Shown one piece after another: positions 50,474 through 61,266 of a DNA stretch of 64,000 nucleotides. Numbering within the stretch: the stretch's first letter is position 1; every line of letters starts with the position of its first letter. Source of the stretch: Candidatus Omnitrophota bacterium. GTDB lineage: Bacteria; Omnitrophota; Gorgyraeia; Duberdicusellales; 4484-171. The notes under the pieces are model-generated. The model ran no database searches and was not told where the DNA came from. It saw only the letters and a program-made list of their open reading frames with translations. Location: assembly GCA_046484225.1 (NCBI GenBank), contig JAWOBO010000062.1, positions 934-64,933 of the forward strand. Reading direction: 5' to 3'. The position numbers and the translations under genes are program-made.

Positions 50474-50935
50474 CTTCTGATCAAAAAGAAACCCCTTTAG
50501 CTCTTCTGTCTTAAACCCTTTCTTCAATCGATAGATAACAAAATAATGTAAAAAACCTTTAGCTTTTGCGCCATCAATATTATCAATCAACAAATGCAAA
50601 GCCCAAGAACTAGAAAATAGCTGCCAAAATAAAGAGTTGTAAAAAAAAGAAAGAAAAAGAAAAAGAAAAACCAACTCCCAGGAGTGAAGAAACAAATACA
50701 CGTTTTTCCTTTTCTTGTACGGAAAAATCAATATTTTCTTAAAGCTTATCTTCCTAACTTGAATTAAATAATCAATAATATGATCAGCATCTATTAATAT
50801 TCCACCTAATATTGCTGGCAAAATATAAAAAAACTCTCCGGTTTTAAAATAAGCAATTAAAAAAATTTCCAAGCTAATAATTAGATGAATAGTTAAATCC
50901 AAAATGATATTTACACTTCTTTTTAAAGAATACAT
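50468..50935 (-). CDS. Membrane protein, YdjM-like putative metal-dependent hydrolase
   Basis: Hydrophobic; H..., LIDADH, FLHSWE and HLLID motif spacing. Confidence 0.6.
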   Translation of the reverse strand: MYSLKRSVNIILDLTIHLIISLEIFLIAYFKTGEFFYILPAILGGILIDADHIIDYLIQVRKISFKKILIFPYKKRKNVYLFLHSWELVFLFLFLSFFYNSLFWQLFSSSWALHLLIDNIDGAKAKGFLHYFVIYRLKKGFKTEELKGFLFDQKL

Positions 50936-50954
50936 GTTTTAATTTTAATAACGG

Positions 50955-52883
50955 TTAATAACGTTTTTTTATTTCAGCTTTGGAATAATAATGCTTTAAT
51001 ATCTGTTTATAGTTATAGCCCTCTTTGGCCATACCAATAGCTCCTTCCTGACAAAGGCCAGTTCCATGGCCAAAACCTGCACCCCAGAAGATAAGCATCT
51101 CAGTTTGACCACCTTTATTTTTTCTTAATTCAGCTAAAAAAGCGCTGCTCCGTAGACGGTCAAAAAAGTTTCTAATTGCCAAACCGCTTTCTAGATTTAC
51201 CAACTCATCTCCGACAGCAACATCCATTCTACTATAACGGAAACATTCTTTTTTAGCTTTAGGAATAATATTAGTTAAATTTTTTATATTAACCCCAAAT
51301 GCTATCTTAAAGTCTTCATCATCATAAATTCGCTGCCAACGGAATTTCGAACTTTTTGCAAAACAAAAAGTTTTAGGATATCCTAAAAACCATTGTTGCC
51401 TTTTATATGCCGATTGAGGCATTTTTTTATTTTCTGAATCTCGTCCTTTCGCTAAATACTGTTTTTGTCCAAAAATATCCGACGACAAACACCCGCCACA
51501 ATTAGAATGATAAAAAATTTCAGGAACTTCACCCTTATAGGAAATAATTCTGCCCCGGGTTTGATCAATCGCTTTTTTGGTAGATTTAGTTTCAGCTGAT
51601 AAACCGTGATAAACCTGACAATGGCTATCAGCGCAAAAATCAAAACCTTGGCCAATATGCCTTGCTTTATTCCTAATTGCCAGGCTTCGGGCTAAGACAG
51701 CTTGTGCCTTAAGAGCCTCTTTATCAGCATTAGCTGGAATCTCTGCAGCTAAAACCCCGTAAAGATACTCTTCAATAGTTACAACATTGACTAAATTAAT
51801 TTTATTATTCTTAAAAACTATTTCAAAGTTACCTCGATAAGCTCGATCTATCTTTTTGTGCCAAAAATCTCCAATCCCATAAACTACATCTAACACATAA
51901 AAAGGATAGTTTTCCCCCTTAACTGACTCAGGGATAAGTTCAACTGGTAATGAAAAAGTTTCATAGACTTTACCGGTTTTACGACTAGATAAAATAATCT
52001 TATTGTTTTTTAGCTGAAAATTATAAAAAATATCTGGCTTGCCTTCATAGACTAAATCTTTACCTTTAACTTTAAAGGCGGCTGGAGAAAAAAAAGAGAA
52101 TTCATCCAAACCAACTGCAACCCCTATCCGCACATAAGGAATATCTTTTTGCATCTGATAGGATTTTAGATCAACTTTTTGTCGTTTTTCAGCTTTTAGT
52201 TTTTTCCTTTTTACGAAGAAATCCTTGCCTAATCTCTTTTTTACTTTGATAAGCTCATCTTTTACTCTAGTTTGATCAGGATAAAAACTAAATCCTTTAG
52301 CTAAATAGCGATAAGCATCTTTATTTTTATCAATTTTTCTTAAACATTGACCGAGGTAATAATAAGCAACTCTTATACTTGAATCATAATTTATTAATTC
52401 TTTGAAAAAAACAACAGCTTTATTGTATTTTTTTTGTGCCCGGTAAATTTTAGCTAATCTAAAAAGACCAATACTATTTTTCTCTAATTTTAAAGATTTT
52501 TTATAAGCAGCGATGGCCGGCTTAAGGTGCCCTAGCTCTTCATTTATTAAGCCTAAATACAGATAATCAACCCAACTTTTATTAACCGCCCCATCTAACT
52601 TCTGGTAGGCTTTTTTATCTTCTCCTGTTAAATAAAAAAGTTTTGCCAGATATCCTAAAATATAACGGTTGTTTTGATTTTTAGAACTTTTAAGTATTTC
52701 TATGGCTTTTTTATATTGAAAAGATTTTTTAAAAATAGTAGCAGTATCAAGGTAAGTTTCTGTCTGATTAAGTTTATCTTGTGATAAAACTGTTATCGGG
52801 AAGATAAGAATAGATATTAGTACTATTACAGTTTTTGAAAAAAAAATTATCTTCGTGTTCGGCCAACCACGGGAATTTTCCAT
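50955..52883 (-). CDS. TPR-repeat plus SpoIID/LytB-domain protein (putative lytic transglycosylase)
   Basis: N-terminal hydrophobic segment, TPR-like helices, EEYLYGVLAAEI, ALKAQAVLARS, HCQVY, GHGTGLCQEGA, ILKHYY. Confidence 0.85.
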   Translation of the reverse strand: MENSRGWPNTKIIFFSKTVIVLISILIFPITVLSQDKLNQTETYLDTATIFKKSFQYKKAIEILKSSKNQNNRYILGYLAKLFYLTGEDKKAYQKLDGAVNKSWVDYLYLGLINEELGHLKPAIAAYKKSLKLEKNSIGLFRLAKIYRAQKKYNKAVVFFKELINYDSSIRVAYYYLGQCLRKIDKNKDAYRYLAKGFSFYPDQTRVKDELIKVKKRLGKDFFVKRKKLKAEKRQKVDLKSYQMQKDIPYVRIGVAVGLDEFSFFSPAAFKVKGKDLVYEGKPDIFYNFQLKNNKIILSSRKTGKVYETFSLPVELIPESVKGENYPFYVLDVVYGIGDFWHKKIDRAYRGNFEIVFKNNKINLVNVVTIEEYLYGVLAAEIPANADKEALKAQAVLARSLAIRNKARHIGQGFDFCADSHCQVYHGLSAETKSTKKAIDQTRGRIISYKGEVPEIFYHSNCGGCLSSDIFGQKQYLAKGRDSENKKMPQSAYKRQQWFLGYPKTFCFAKSSKFRWQRIYDDEDFKIAFGVNIKNLTNIIPKAKKECFRYSRMDVAVGDELVNLESGLAIRNFFDRLRSSAFLAELRKNKGGQTEMLIFWGAGFGHGTGLCQEGAIGMAKEGYNYKQILKHYYSKAEIKKRY

Positions 52884-53659
52884 TTTTTACTTAAATCTAA
52901 AAATTTTTCTTTATTTAAAATTATAGTTTTATCTTTTTCTAAAACTAAACAAGCCGCCCGAATCTTTTTGAGCAACTTTAAGGTTGAAATACCAACAACT
53001 GGAACATCAAAACGTAAATCCTGGGCTTCTTTGGCAAACTTTAATACCACTGCCCCTGAACCTGCTATCTTTGCACCTCTTTTTATGGTATTATCTGTTC
53101 CTTCCAGAGATTCTATAGCAACTACTGCATTATTCTTTACCACTAAAGTTTGTCCGATATCAATTTCAACAAATTTGGATATTTTATCTATTCCAAATTC
53201 AATATTTTTTTTAGTTGAATCGGATAAATTTAGGCCATTCATCAAGCCTTCTTTTGCTAAATCATCCTCTAGGTAAAGAGTAGAGTCTAGAAAGTTTATT
53301 CCCTCATTTTCTAGATAATTAATTATCACCTTAAAGATTTTATGCGGACAAAAATTTGTTTTTCTTCTAATTATTTTTTTTAGCTCATCATCCCAATTCT
53401 TTTCTCTAAAGATATTTAAAGGACTAATTTGGCCCACCATTATCCAATTTTCAATTTTTTGATTTTTTATTGCTTCTCTTAAATCTGCTAATTTACCAAC
53501 CCTTATCCACTGGCAACTATCGACATATTTGCAAAATTTAGAAGAAGTTTCCCCCTTAAAGCAAACTCCTGTTATTTTTGTAAAATTTTTTCTTTCAGAA
53601 ATTCTTTTTGCCAAAAGTAAAGGAAGGTTTTTACTTCCAGCGATAATGCCTATTTGCAT
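52847..53659 (-). CDS. lpxI: UDP-2,3-diacylglucosamine diphosphatase LpxI family
   Basis: GIIAGS, DIGQT, AIESLEGTD, QDLRFDVPVVG; follows lpxA. Confidence 0.9.
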   Translation of the reverse strand: MQIGIIAGSKNLPLLLAKRISERKNFTKITGVCFKGETSSKFCKYVDSCQWIRVGKLADLREAIKNQKIENWIMVGQISPLNIFREKNWDDELKKIIRRKTNFCPHKIFKVIINYLENEGINFLDSTLYLEDDLAKEGLMNGLNLSDSTKKNIEFGIDKISKFVEIDIGQTLVVKNNAVVAIESLEGTDNTIKRGAKIAGSGAVVLKFAKEAQDLRFDVPVVGISTLKLLKKIRAACLVLEKDKTIILNKEKFLDLSKKWKIPVVGRTRR

Positions 53660-53711
53660 ATAAATACCTTACAGATAGATCAAACTATTAAATAAACTAG
53701 GCTTATCTATC

Positions 53712-54491
53712 CTATCTTTTACCTATGCCTCGTTTTGAGCTTGATATAAAATCAAGTAAAATTTTTACTTGATCAATAGAACCAATTGTTTCATCTGTGA
53801 TTTTTTTTGCTTCATCAAAAGGGTGGTCGCTAAAGAAAAGTATCTTAAATGCCTTTCTTAAATCTTTTATTACCGAAGAAGAAAATTCTTTCCGCTTTAG
53901 GCCAATTGAATTTAGAGCTCTAACAATTGCTGGATGGCCATCACACATCGAATAGGGAGGAACATCTTGAACAACTTTAGAACATCCCCCGACTATAGAA
54001 TAATTTCCTAATCGACAAAACTGATGAATAGCCACCAGGCCACCCACCACAACATTATTGCCTACATCCACATAACCGGCCAAGGTAGCTCCATTGGCTA
54101 AAACATTTTCATCTCCAATAATACAATCATGGGCTATATGAGAATAAGCCATAATTAAGTTATTATTGCCGATTATAGTTTTAGCATCTTTTTCAGTTCC
54201 AGGATTAATAGTAACAAATTCTCTAATTTTGTTATTATCTCCTACCACTAAATAGCTCCTCTCCCCTTTATATTTTAGATCTTGAGGAATACTACCGACA
54301 ACGGCCTGAGAAAAAATATGACAGTTACAACCTACCTTAGTATCTCCTAAAACTTGCGCAAACGGTTCAATAATTGTCCCTTGGCCGATTTCAGCATCCT
54401 TAGATATGATTGCATAAGGACCAATCCTTACTCCTTCTGCTATTTTTGCCGAAGAATCTACTATAGCTCTAGAATCAATTTTCTGTTCCAT
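53712..54491 (-). CDS. lpxA: UDP-GlcNAc acyltransferase
   Basis: PQDLKY, IREFVTI, HIAHDC, IHQF, hexapeptide repeats. Confidence 0.96.
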   Translation of the reverse strand: MEQKIDSRAIVDSSAKIAEGVRIGPYAIISKDAEIGQGTIIEPFAQVLGDTKVGCNCHIFSQAVVGSIPQDLKYKGERSYLVVGDNNKIREFVTINPGTEKDAKTIIGNNNLIMAYSHIAHDCIIGDENVLANGATLAGYVDVGNNVVVGGLVAIHQFCRLGNYSIVGGCSKVVQDVPPYSMCDGHPAIVRALNSIGLKRKEFSSSVIKDLRKAFKILFFSDHPFDEAKKITDETIGSIDQVKILLDFISSSKRGIGKR

Positions 54492-54514
54492 TTTGCTTAA
54501 TTTTTTTTCTTCTT

Positions 54515-54552
54515 ATCAGTGTTAATCTGTTATTTATCTGTGTCTATCTGTG
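54515..54552. repeat. Family C half element
   Basis: ATCAGTG TTA ATCTGTT ATTT ATCTGTG TCT ATCTGTG behind lpxC/fabZ stop. Confidence 0.7.
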
Positions 54553-54554
54553 CT

Positions 54555-55862
54555 TCAAACTAATGAAAACATAAGCTCAGCTTCAGCTACTACCTTACCA
54601 GCCACTTTAGCCTTAGCTTCTACCTTACCAGTTCTGCTGCGGATTTTTTTTGTCCATACTTCCATTACCAATTGGTCTCCAGGTAAAACAGTCTTTCTAA
54701 ATTTTACTTTATCAGCTGCCATAAAATAAGCTAACTTTCCTCGATGCTCCGGACAAGCAAGCATGAGTACACCGCCCACTTGGGCCATAGCTTCAACCAA
54801 AAGTACCCCCGGCATAACTGGCTTCTCAGGAAAATGCCCTTGGAAAAAGTATTCATTCATGGTAACACTTTTAATCCCCACAGCTCTCCTGCCCTTATCT
54901 AGCTCAGCTATTTTATCTACTAAAAGGAAAGGGTAACGATGAGGAAGTATTTTCATTATCTCTTCGGTCCCAAGTTCTGTTTTTTCTGGGACATATCCAG
55001 ATCTCGATTGAACCCCAGCATTATTTATCTTTTGCTTGTGCCTGCATAACTTTTGAAGCAACTTCATGTTTAAAGAATGCCCGCTTCTTACTGCAATAAC
55101 ATGAGCTTTAATCGGCCCAGCCAGATAAAGATCACCTACCAAATCTAATATTTTATGCTTTATGAATTCATCAGGGAATCTTAACTGGTTATCTATAACC
55201 CCCTGGTCTGAAACAACCAAAGTATTTTTGTAATCTGCTCCCTTGCCCAAACCTATTTTAAGCAAATTATCTACTTCATTTTGGAGACAAAATGTTCTAG
55301 CTTGGTAAAGATTATCTAAACTGCCTTCATTTAAAGTTATATCAGTAAAACCAGAACCAATTTTTGAATTTTTATAGTCAAGGCCGTAAGAAATACGAAA
55401 TTCTTGGGAAGGCAAAAGTACAATTGAACTATCACCTTCTTCCAACCATAAGGGTTCTTTAATTGCCAAGATATCTCTGCTACCTTCTTGTTGGACCAAA
55501 CCTACTTCTTTTATTTTCTCTACAAACTCCTTAGCGCTTCCGTCTAGTCCCGGTATCTCACTGCCCCATATATTAATTTGGATATTATCAACACCTAAAA
55601 GCGCCAGGGAAGCCATAAGATGCTCTATAGTTTGAATATAATTATCTCCTGATCCAATAGAAGTTCGACGGGGAAATTTATTAAAATCGCTAATTGAATT
55701 AAAATCTCCTTTAATTAAACTAGGTGGATCAGCGTCTTGTTTGATAAATACAATCCCGGTACCCACCGGTGCGGGCAAAAATTCAAGCTTTGCAACTTCT
55801 CCGGTATGGAGCCCTTTGCCTTCCAAGCAAAATTTATTTTTGATAGTTTTTTGTTTACTCAT
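54555..55862 (-). CDS. lpxC: Bifunctional LpxC-FabZ fusion
   Basis: GLHTG, TIEH, ARTF, HKILD (LpxC); [20 protein letters not shown] (FabZ). Confidence 0.95.
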   Translation of the reverse strand: MSKQKTIKNKFCLEGKGLHTGEVAKLEFLPAPVGTGIVFIKQDADPPSLIKGDFNSISDFNKFPRRTSIGSGDNYIQTIEHLMASLALLGVDNIQINIWGSEIPGLDGSAKEFVEKIKEVGLVQQEGSRDILAIKEPLWLEEGDSSIVLLPSQEFRISYGLDYKNSKIGSGFTDITLNEGSLDNLYQARTFCLQNEVDNLLKIGLGKGADYKNTLVVSDQGVIDNQLRFPDEFIKHKILDLVGDLYLAGPIKAHVIAVRSGHSLNMKLLQKLCRHKQKINNAGVQSRSGYVPEKTELGTEEIMKILPHRYPFLLVDKIAELDKGRRAVGIKSVTMNEYFFQGHFPEKPVMPGVLLVEAMAQVGGVLMLACPEHRGKLAYFMAADKVKFRKTVLPGDQLVMEVWTKKIRSRTGKVEAKAKVAGKVVAEAELMFSLV

Positions 55863-56889
55863 TTTCTTTGCTCTCTTCTAATGATTTTATTTTATTCTCT
55901 AGCTCTTTAACTTTCTTAGTAAGCTCAGGCAGCCTTTGAATACAGGCATTAATTTTAGCAGCCTGTCGATGAGGCTTTGCCGGATAGCCTGAAACTTTAG
56001 TTTTAGCAGCAACAGACTTAGTCACCCCGGCCTGAGCCGCAACGATAGCCTTTTTGCCAATTTTAATATGACCCACAATACCGGCCTGGCCGGCTAAAAT
56101 AGCACTATCCTCTATAACTGTGCTCCCTGATATACCTACTTGAGCTATAATAACGCAATCTTTGCCGACTACAACATTATGAGCAATCTGGACTAAATTA
56201 TCAATTTTTGTACCTTCACCAATAATTGTTTTATCAAAGCGAGCCCGATCAATAGTAACATTAGCCCCAATCTCAACATTATCTTCAATTTTAACTATTC
56301 CAACTTGGGGAATTTTTTTTCTGGAGCCATCACTAAGCTCAAAACCAAAGCCATCACTGCCAATAACTGTTCCCGAATGGACTATCACATTATTGCCAAT
56401 CTCTGTTTTTTCTCGAATAGTAGTATTTGGATAGATCAAACATTTTTTTCCAATCTTTGCTTTATGGCCAATAAAACAACCGCCATAGATGATTGAACCT
56501 TCTGCCACCTCTGCCCCTTCTTCGATAAAAGTAAAAGGACCTACAGAAACAGAAGGTGCTATCTTTGCTCCTTTGTCTATAATTGAATCTGAACTTATTC
56601 CTTGAGGGTGCCTACGGCTTTGGCCCACAACTAAATCAACTACCTTCGCAAAAGCAACGGATGGATTATCAGTTTTAATCAACGGCCGAGACGAAGAAAC
56701 ATCCCGTGAAGTAATAATAGCAGCAGCTTCAGTAGAGTCTAATAAAGAAGAATATCTAGGGTTAGCTAAAAAAGTTATATCACCCGGCCCAGCTTCTTTT
56801 ATCCCTGATATGCCGGTAATAACAATTTCTGGATCACCCGAAAGCTCTCCCCCTACTGTTTCACTTATCTCTGAAAGCTTATAATTCAT
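55855..56889 (-). CDS. lpxD: UDP-3-O-acylglucosamine N-acyltransferase
   Basis: [26 protein letters not shown]. Confidence 0.96.
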   Translation of the reverse strand: MNYKLSEISETVGGELSGDPEIVITGISGIKEAGPGDITFLANPRYSSLLDSTEAAAIITSRDVSSSRPLIKTDNPSVAFAKVVDLVVGQSRRHPQGISSDSIIDKGAKIAPSVSVGPFTFIEEGAEVAEGSIIYGGCFIGHKAKIGKKCLIYPNTTIREKTEIGNNVIVHSGTVIGSDGFGFELSDGSRKKIPQVGIVKIEDNVEIGANVTIDRARFDKTIIGEGTKIDNLVQIAHNVVVGKDCVIIAQVGISGSTVIEDSAILAGQAGIVGHIKIGKKAIVAAQAGVTKSVAAKTKVSGYPAKPHRQAAKINACIQRLPELTKKVKELENKIKSLEESKENE

Positions 56890-56936
56890 CTATTTTTAAC
56901 AGTTTTGATTAGCTTAATTTGTAAAAATTAGCTACT

Positions 56937-57440
56937 TTATCTATATTTCTTATTAATAATTTTAAGAATTTTGTTGGTTAAATCTTTGCTTTTTGCCCCG
57001 TATAAAACGCTATTACCATTAACAATCAAATCGTAGTTATTTTTTTTCGCATAATCTTCAACTGTCTGCTCAATATCAGCTATAATATCTTTCATCATCT
57101 CATCTCTTTCTTTTTTAATATCTGTAAGCTCTTTTTGGCGCATATCTCTATATTCTTGCATTTTTTTCTGCAATTTAGCTTCTTCTGCTTTTTTCTTGCC
57201 TTCTTTTAATACTTCTAACTTACTTTGTATATTTTGTATCTCTTTTTCTTTTGCTTCTAACCCTTCTTTAACTTTTTCTTTTTTTTCTTCTAGCTGTTTA
57301 TCCTGTTCTTTTGTTCTTTGATATTCGTTGAAAACTTCAATTGTATTAACATAGCCAATATTCAAATCTTTAGCAAAACCACAGACACTAAAACTAAGAA
57401 CAACTACTGCCGCTACAATAATCCCCAAAAACTTTCTCAT
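56937..57440 (-). CDS. skp: OmpH/Skp periplasmic chaperone
   Basis: Signal peptide, IGYVN, coiled coil, YDLIV..DLT; lies between bamA and lpxD. Confidence 0.88.
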   Translation of the reverse strand: MRKFLGIIVAAVVVLSFSVCGFAKDLNIGYVNTIEVFNEYQRTKEQDKQLEEKKEKVKEGLEAKEKEIQNIQSKLEVLKEGKKKAEEAKLQKKMQEYRDMRQKELTDIKKERDEMMKDIIADIEQTVEDYAKKNNYDLIVNGNSVLYGAKSKDLTNKILKIINKKYR

Positions 57441-57480
57441 CGCAAACCTCCATTAATTAACTTATTAATAAAATAATCTT

Positions 57481-57506
57481 TAGGGCAGGGCATGCCCTGC
57501 CCCTAC
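57481..57506 (-). repeat. GTAG-type REP sequence
   Basis: GTAG followed by perfect 20-bp palindrome GGGCAGGGCATGCCCTGCCC. Confidence 0.7.
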
Positions 57507-57519
57507 TCCATTCTTATTC

Positions 57520-57556
57520 ATTCGTATATTCGTAATTGATTCGTACATTCGTTGAT
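57520..57556. repeat. Family D (ATTCGT) half element
   Basis: ATTCGTATATTCGTAATTGATTCGTACATTCGTTGAT, matches right arm of 62433 copy. Confidence 0.8.
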
Positions 57557-57568
57557 TAACCTTTATCC

Positions 57569-59908
57569 CTAGAAGCCTCTACTTACGCTAAAATGGAATC
57601 TTCCTTCTTTACCATCCTCACCCGGTTCTTCATCAAGCGGCCAGCCATAATCAACACTTACTGGGCCAATTGGAGTTTTAACTCTCAAACCGATACCTAT
57701 GCTAGAATAAAATGCTTCCCTCTCTTCTCCGTCTTCAGTTTTTTCGGTTTGAAAAAAGTCGCTATTTTTTGCCCAGACATTACCAACATCATAAAAGGTG
57801 GCAACTTTTAAAAAATCAGCTAGGGGATAAGTATATTCAATATTAGCCACAAATAAAGCTTCCCCGCCCAGTGGGTCATCGTTACTGTCTATAGGACCAA
57901 CCTTTCTTTCATGATAACCTCTGATAGTGGAAGCACCGCCGGCAAAAAATCTTTCATAAATTGGAACATCATCTGTATCAGAAAAGGGGTCGGCAAACCC
58001 AACCCTAAACCGAGTCTCAACTACTGAATCATTAAAGGTTGGAAAATAAAGGCTTAATCTACTATTATATTTGGTAAAATCTTTATCTCCGCCTAAAAAG
58101 CTTCCGGTTAACTGAGCAGAGTTAGAAAAATAAATACCTGTCCGCGGTGAAAAAACATTATCTCTACTGTCATAAGTCAAAGAAAATTCAACGCTACTTA
58201 AATTATTACTGCCATCTTCATCTTGTATAGACTCACTGGCATCTTCGGTATCGCTAATATCTACATTATCAAATCGATAAGCAACTCGTCCGCTAAAATC
58301 ATCGGTAAATCTTCTTCCTAAACGCAACGCGCCGCCGGTTATATCTTCAGAATAAGCATAACCTACATCATCATCCTGGTCGTGGCCTTTTTTGTAGGCA
58401 TCAAAACCAAAGGATACCGGCTTGTCAAAAATCCAAGGATTAGTAAAACTTAACTGGTAACGGCTGGTAAGTGTTCCCAAACTAGCCTTTAAACTCAAAT
58501 CTTGGCCGGCACCGGTAAAAGTCTGCCAATTTTGATAGTCAAAGTTTCTCTGGCGCAGCTCAACAAACCCAATAAATTCTTCAATGGAGCTATATCCTCC
58601 TCCGAAACTAAAATAACCAGTTTTTGCTTCGGTTACATCTACGACTAAATTTACCTTATCCTCTTCTGAACCGGGTTCAGTTTTAAATCTTATATCTTCA
58701 AAGAATCCTAAGTTTTCTAAATCCTGTTTACTTTCTCGCATCTTTTTACCATCAAACTTTTGGCCCGGATAAACTTTCAACTCCCTTCTTATAACTTCAC
58801 CTTTTGTTTTCTCGTTGCCTTTTATCTGGATGTCTTCGACATAAGCAATATGGCTTTCAGTTATCTGATAGGTTACATCAATCTTTTTTGTATCCGGATT
58901 TAAAACGCTAACTGGTTCGGCTTGAGCAAAAATATAACCATTGTCTACATACAACTGCCTAATTTGAGACGATCCTTGATAGACTGCTTCCTTACTAAAA
59001 ACATCTCCTTTTGAAATTGTTAATTTTTTGCGAATTTTAGCAGCATCAAACTCTTCATTGCCGGAAATATTAATTTGTCCTATGTGATATTTTTTTCCTT
59101 CGTTTATTACTAATTTTATATAAACACCTTTTTTTTCAAAATCGACTTCCGAATCAACAGATACATCGGTAAACCCATTATGTTGATAAAAACCTTTTAT
59201 CCTTTTCAAATCATCTTTAAACACATCCTCTTTAAATATTCCTTTATTAAACAACCAGGCTTTGCGTGTTTTCATCAACTTTTTAATTCGATTGTCAGAA
59301 AAACTCTTATTTCCTTCAATCTTAACAGATCTGACCTTAACTATGCCTTTTTCGACTATAGTAAACTTTATATCAACTTTTTGGTCTTGAACAGGTATTA
59401 ATTTATAGTTTATTACCGCTTGAGAAAAACCCTTTTTATCGTAAAGATCTTCTATTTTTTTAACTGCTTGTTTAAGCCGATATTCATCAACAAAGTTACC
59501 TTTACTTAACCCGCTTTCATCAATAATTTGTTTTTTTCTAATATATCTTTGTCCTTCAACGATTATTTCATTTATTACCTGTTTTTCTTTTACTTGAAAA
59601 ATCAATACTATCCCTTCATCTTCATCGTCCTTTTTAGTTTCTGTAGATACTTCTTGAAAAAATCCAGTCTGGTAAAGGTTTTTAATATCTTCATTAACTA
59701 TATTTTCATTAAAAGGCTGCCCAGCTTTGATTTTGAGTTCAGAAATTATTTTGGAGTCACTAACTAAATCATTACCTTCTATCTGAATTTGAGAAATTAC
59801 ATCTTGGGCATAGCCGGATAGAGAGATGATTAACAGGCCTAGAAAAACGAAAGAAAAAACTATTTTTCTCATAAAAAATATTATAGACAGTTTATTTTTC
59901 AAAGTCAA
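57569..59908 (-). CDS. bamA: Outer membrane protein assembly factor BamA
   Basis: POTRA repeats, IRGY loop, C-terminal F; start uncertain (TTG 59902/59908 or ATG 59872). Confidence 0.95.
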   Translation of the reverse strand: MTLKNKLSIIFFMRKIVFSFVFLGLLIISLSGYAQDVISQIQIEGNDLVSDSKIISELKIKAGQPFNENIVNEDIKNLYQTGFFQEVSTETKKDDEDEGIVLIFQVKEKQVINEIIVEGQRYIRKKQIIDESGLSKGNFVDEYRLKQAVKKIEDLYDKKGFSQAVINYKLIPVQDQKVDIKFTIVEKGIVKVRSVKIEGNKSFSDNRIKKLMKTRKAWLFNKGIFKEDVFKDDLKRIKGFYQHNGFTDVSVDSEVDFEKKGVYIKLVINEGKKYHIGQINISGNEEFDAAKIRKKLTISKGDVFSKEAVYQGSSQIRQLYVDNGYIFAQAEPVSVLNPDTKKIDVTYQITESHIAYVEDIQIKGNEKTKGEVIRRELKVYPGQKFDGKKMRESKQDLENLGFFEDIRFKTEPGSEEDKVNLVVDVTEAKTGYFSFGGGYSSIEEFIGFVELRQRNFDYQNWQTFTGAGQDLSLKASLGTLTSRYQLSFTNPWIFDKPVSFGFDAYKKGHDQDDDVGYAYSEDITGGALRLGRRFTDDFSGRVAYRFDNVDISDTEDASESIQDEDGSNNLSSVEFSLTYDSRDNVFSPRTGIYFSNSAQLTGSFLGGDKDFTKYNSRLSLYFPTFNDSVVETRFRVGFADPFSDTDDVPIYERFFAGGASTIRGYHERKVGPIDSNDDPLGGEALFVANIEYTYPLADFLKVATFYDVGNVWAKNSDFFQTEKTEDGEEREAFYSSIGIGLRVKTPIGPVSVDYGWPLDEEPGEDGKEGRFHFSVSRGF

Positions 59909-59917
59909 ACCCTCCTT

Positions 59918-61258
59918 TTATTTTGCCAGGTCAGCAAACCTCATATATTCTTTTAAAAATGCTAAACTTATAGTTCCTACCGGTCCATTTCTTTGTTTTG
60001 CAATAATTGCTTCAGCTATACCTTTATTTTCTTCATTAGGTTGATAGTACTCTTCGCGAAAAAGAAGTACTACTAAATCAGCATCTTGTTCTATAGCCCC
60101 TGATTCACGTAAATCAGAAAGTTTAGGTTTGTGGCCTTCTCTAGACTCCACAGCTCGAGAAAGCTGGCTTACCGCAATTAAAGGAACATTTAACTCTTTG
60201 GCTAAAGCCTTCAAGCCTTGTGATATTTTTGATATTTCCTGTTGACGGCTCTCAGTCCTGCCGGCTCCTCTAATTAACTGGAGATAATCAACTAATATAA
60301 GTTGTATGTCGTGGTGGGCTTTGAGTCTTCTTGCTTTGGCTCTTATTTCAAAAATATTCATCGCCGGGGTATCATCAATATAAATTGGAGCCTCAGATAA
60401 TTTACCCGCTGCAGCAGTTAAGCTAGGCCATTCTGAAGGAGAAAGAAAACCAGTTCTTACTCTATTTACCTCTACCTTAGCTTCTGCACACAAAAAACGT
60501 TGCATAAGCTGTTCTTTTGACATCTCTAAACTAAAAATACCTACTGGAATTTTCTTGTTAATAGCAACATGGCCGGTAATAGAAGTCACCAAAGCACTTT
60601 TACCCATGGAAGGGCGGCCGGCAACAATAATTAAATCACCTTTTTGAAAGCCAGCAGTCTTTAAATCAAAATCCTTAAATCCAGTAGGAACACCTGTTAC
60701 ATGAGATTTTTTATGATAAAGTGATTCAATCAACTCAATACCGTCTTTAATAATATCTTTTATATGGACATAGCCACCTTCAACTCGACGGTCACTAATA
60801 TCAAAGATTAATTTCTCAGCTTTATCTAACAAAGCGCTTGTCTCTTCTTGGCCTTTATAACTTAAAGAGATAATTTCTGAAGAATTCTCAATTAAAGCTC
60901 GCAAAATTCCTTTTTCTTTAACAATCCGCGCATAGTTTGAAGCATTTGCTGAAGAAGGTACAAAATCAGCCAAAGCAGTAAGTTGAGCGGTTCCGCCAAC
61001 TTTCTCTAAAAGATTTTTTTTACGCAAGTTTTCAGCAACGGTAAGAATATCTATTTTGATCCGCTTATCATAAAGCTCAATAATTGTTTCAAAAATAATC
61101 TTATGTTCTCTTTTGTAAAAAAAAGCAGAATCAGTTATCTCTACAATTTCAGAGATAACCTTTTCATTTAAAAGCATAGAACCCAATACGGCCATTTCTG
61201 CTTCGATATTCTGAGGAGGAATTTTATTTATGCTTTGAGTGGGGTTTTTTAAGTCCAT
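59918..61258 (-). CDS. dnaB: Replicative DNA helicase
   Basis: PPQNIEAE, GRPSMGKS, DYLQL, SQLSR, DLRESGAIEQDAD, KQRNG. Confidence 0.98.
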   Translation of the reverse strand: MDLKNPTQSINKIPPQNIEAEMAVLGSMLLNEKVISEIVEITDSAFFYKREHKIIFETIIELYDKRIKIDILTVAENLRKKNLLEKVGGTAQLTALADFVPSSANASNYARIVKEKGILRALIENSSEIISLSYKGQEETSALLDKAEKLIFDISDRRVEGGYVHIKDIIKDGIELIESLYHKKSHVTGVPTGFKDFDLKTAGFQKGDLIIVAGRPSMGKSALVTSITGHVAINKKIPVGIFSLEMSKEQLMQRFLCAEAKVEVNRVRTGFLSPSEWPSLTAAAGKLSEAPIYIDDTPAMNIFEIRAKARRLKAHHDIQLILVDYLQLIRGAGRTESRQQEISKISQGLKALAKELNVPLIAVSQLSRAVESREGHKPKLSDLRESGAIEQDADLVVLLFREEYYQPNEENKGIAEAIIAKQRNGPVGTISLAFLKEYMRFADLAK

Positions 61259-61266
61259 AAACTTTC

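Noticed and set aside
54555-55862. LpxC-FabZ fusion as a novelty
   Set aside because: Well-known fusion in Bacteroidota and several other phyla.
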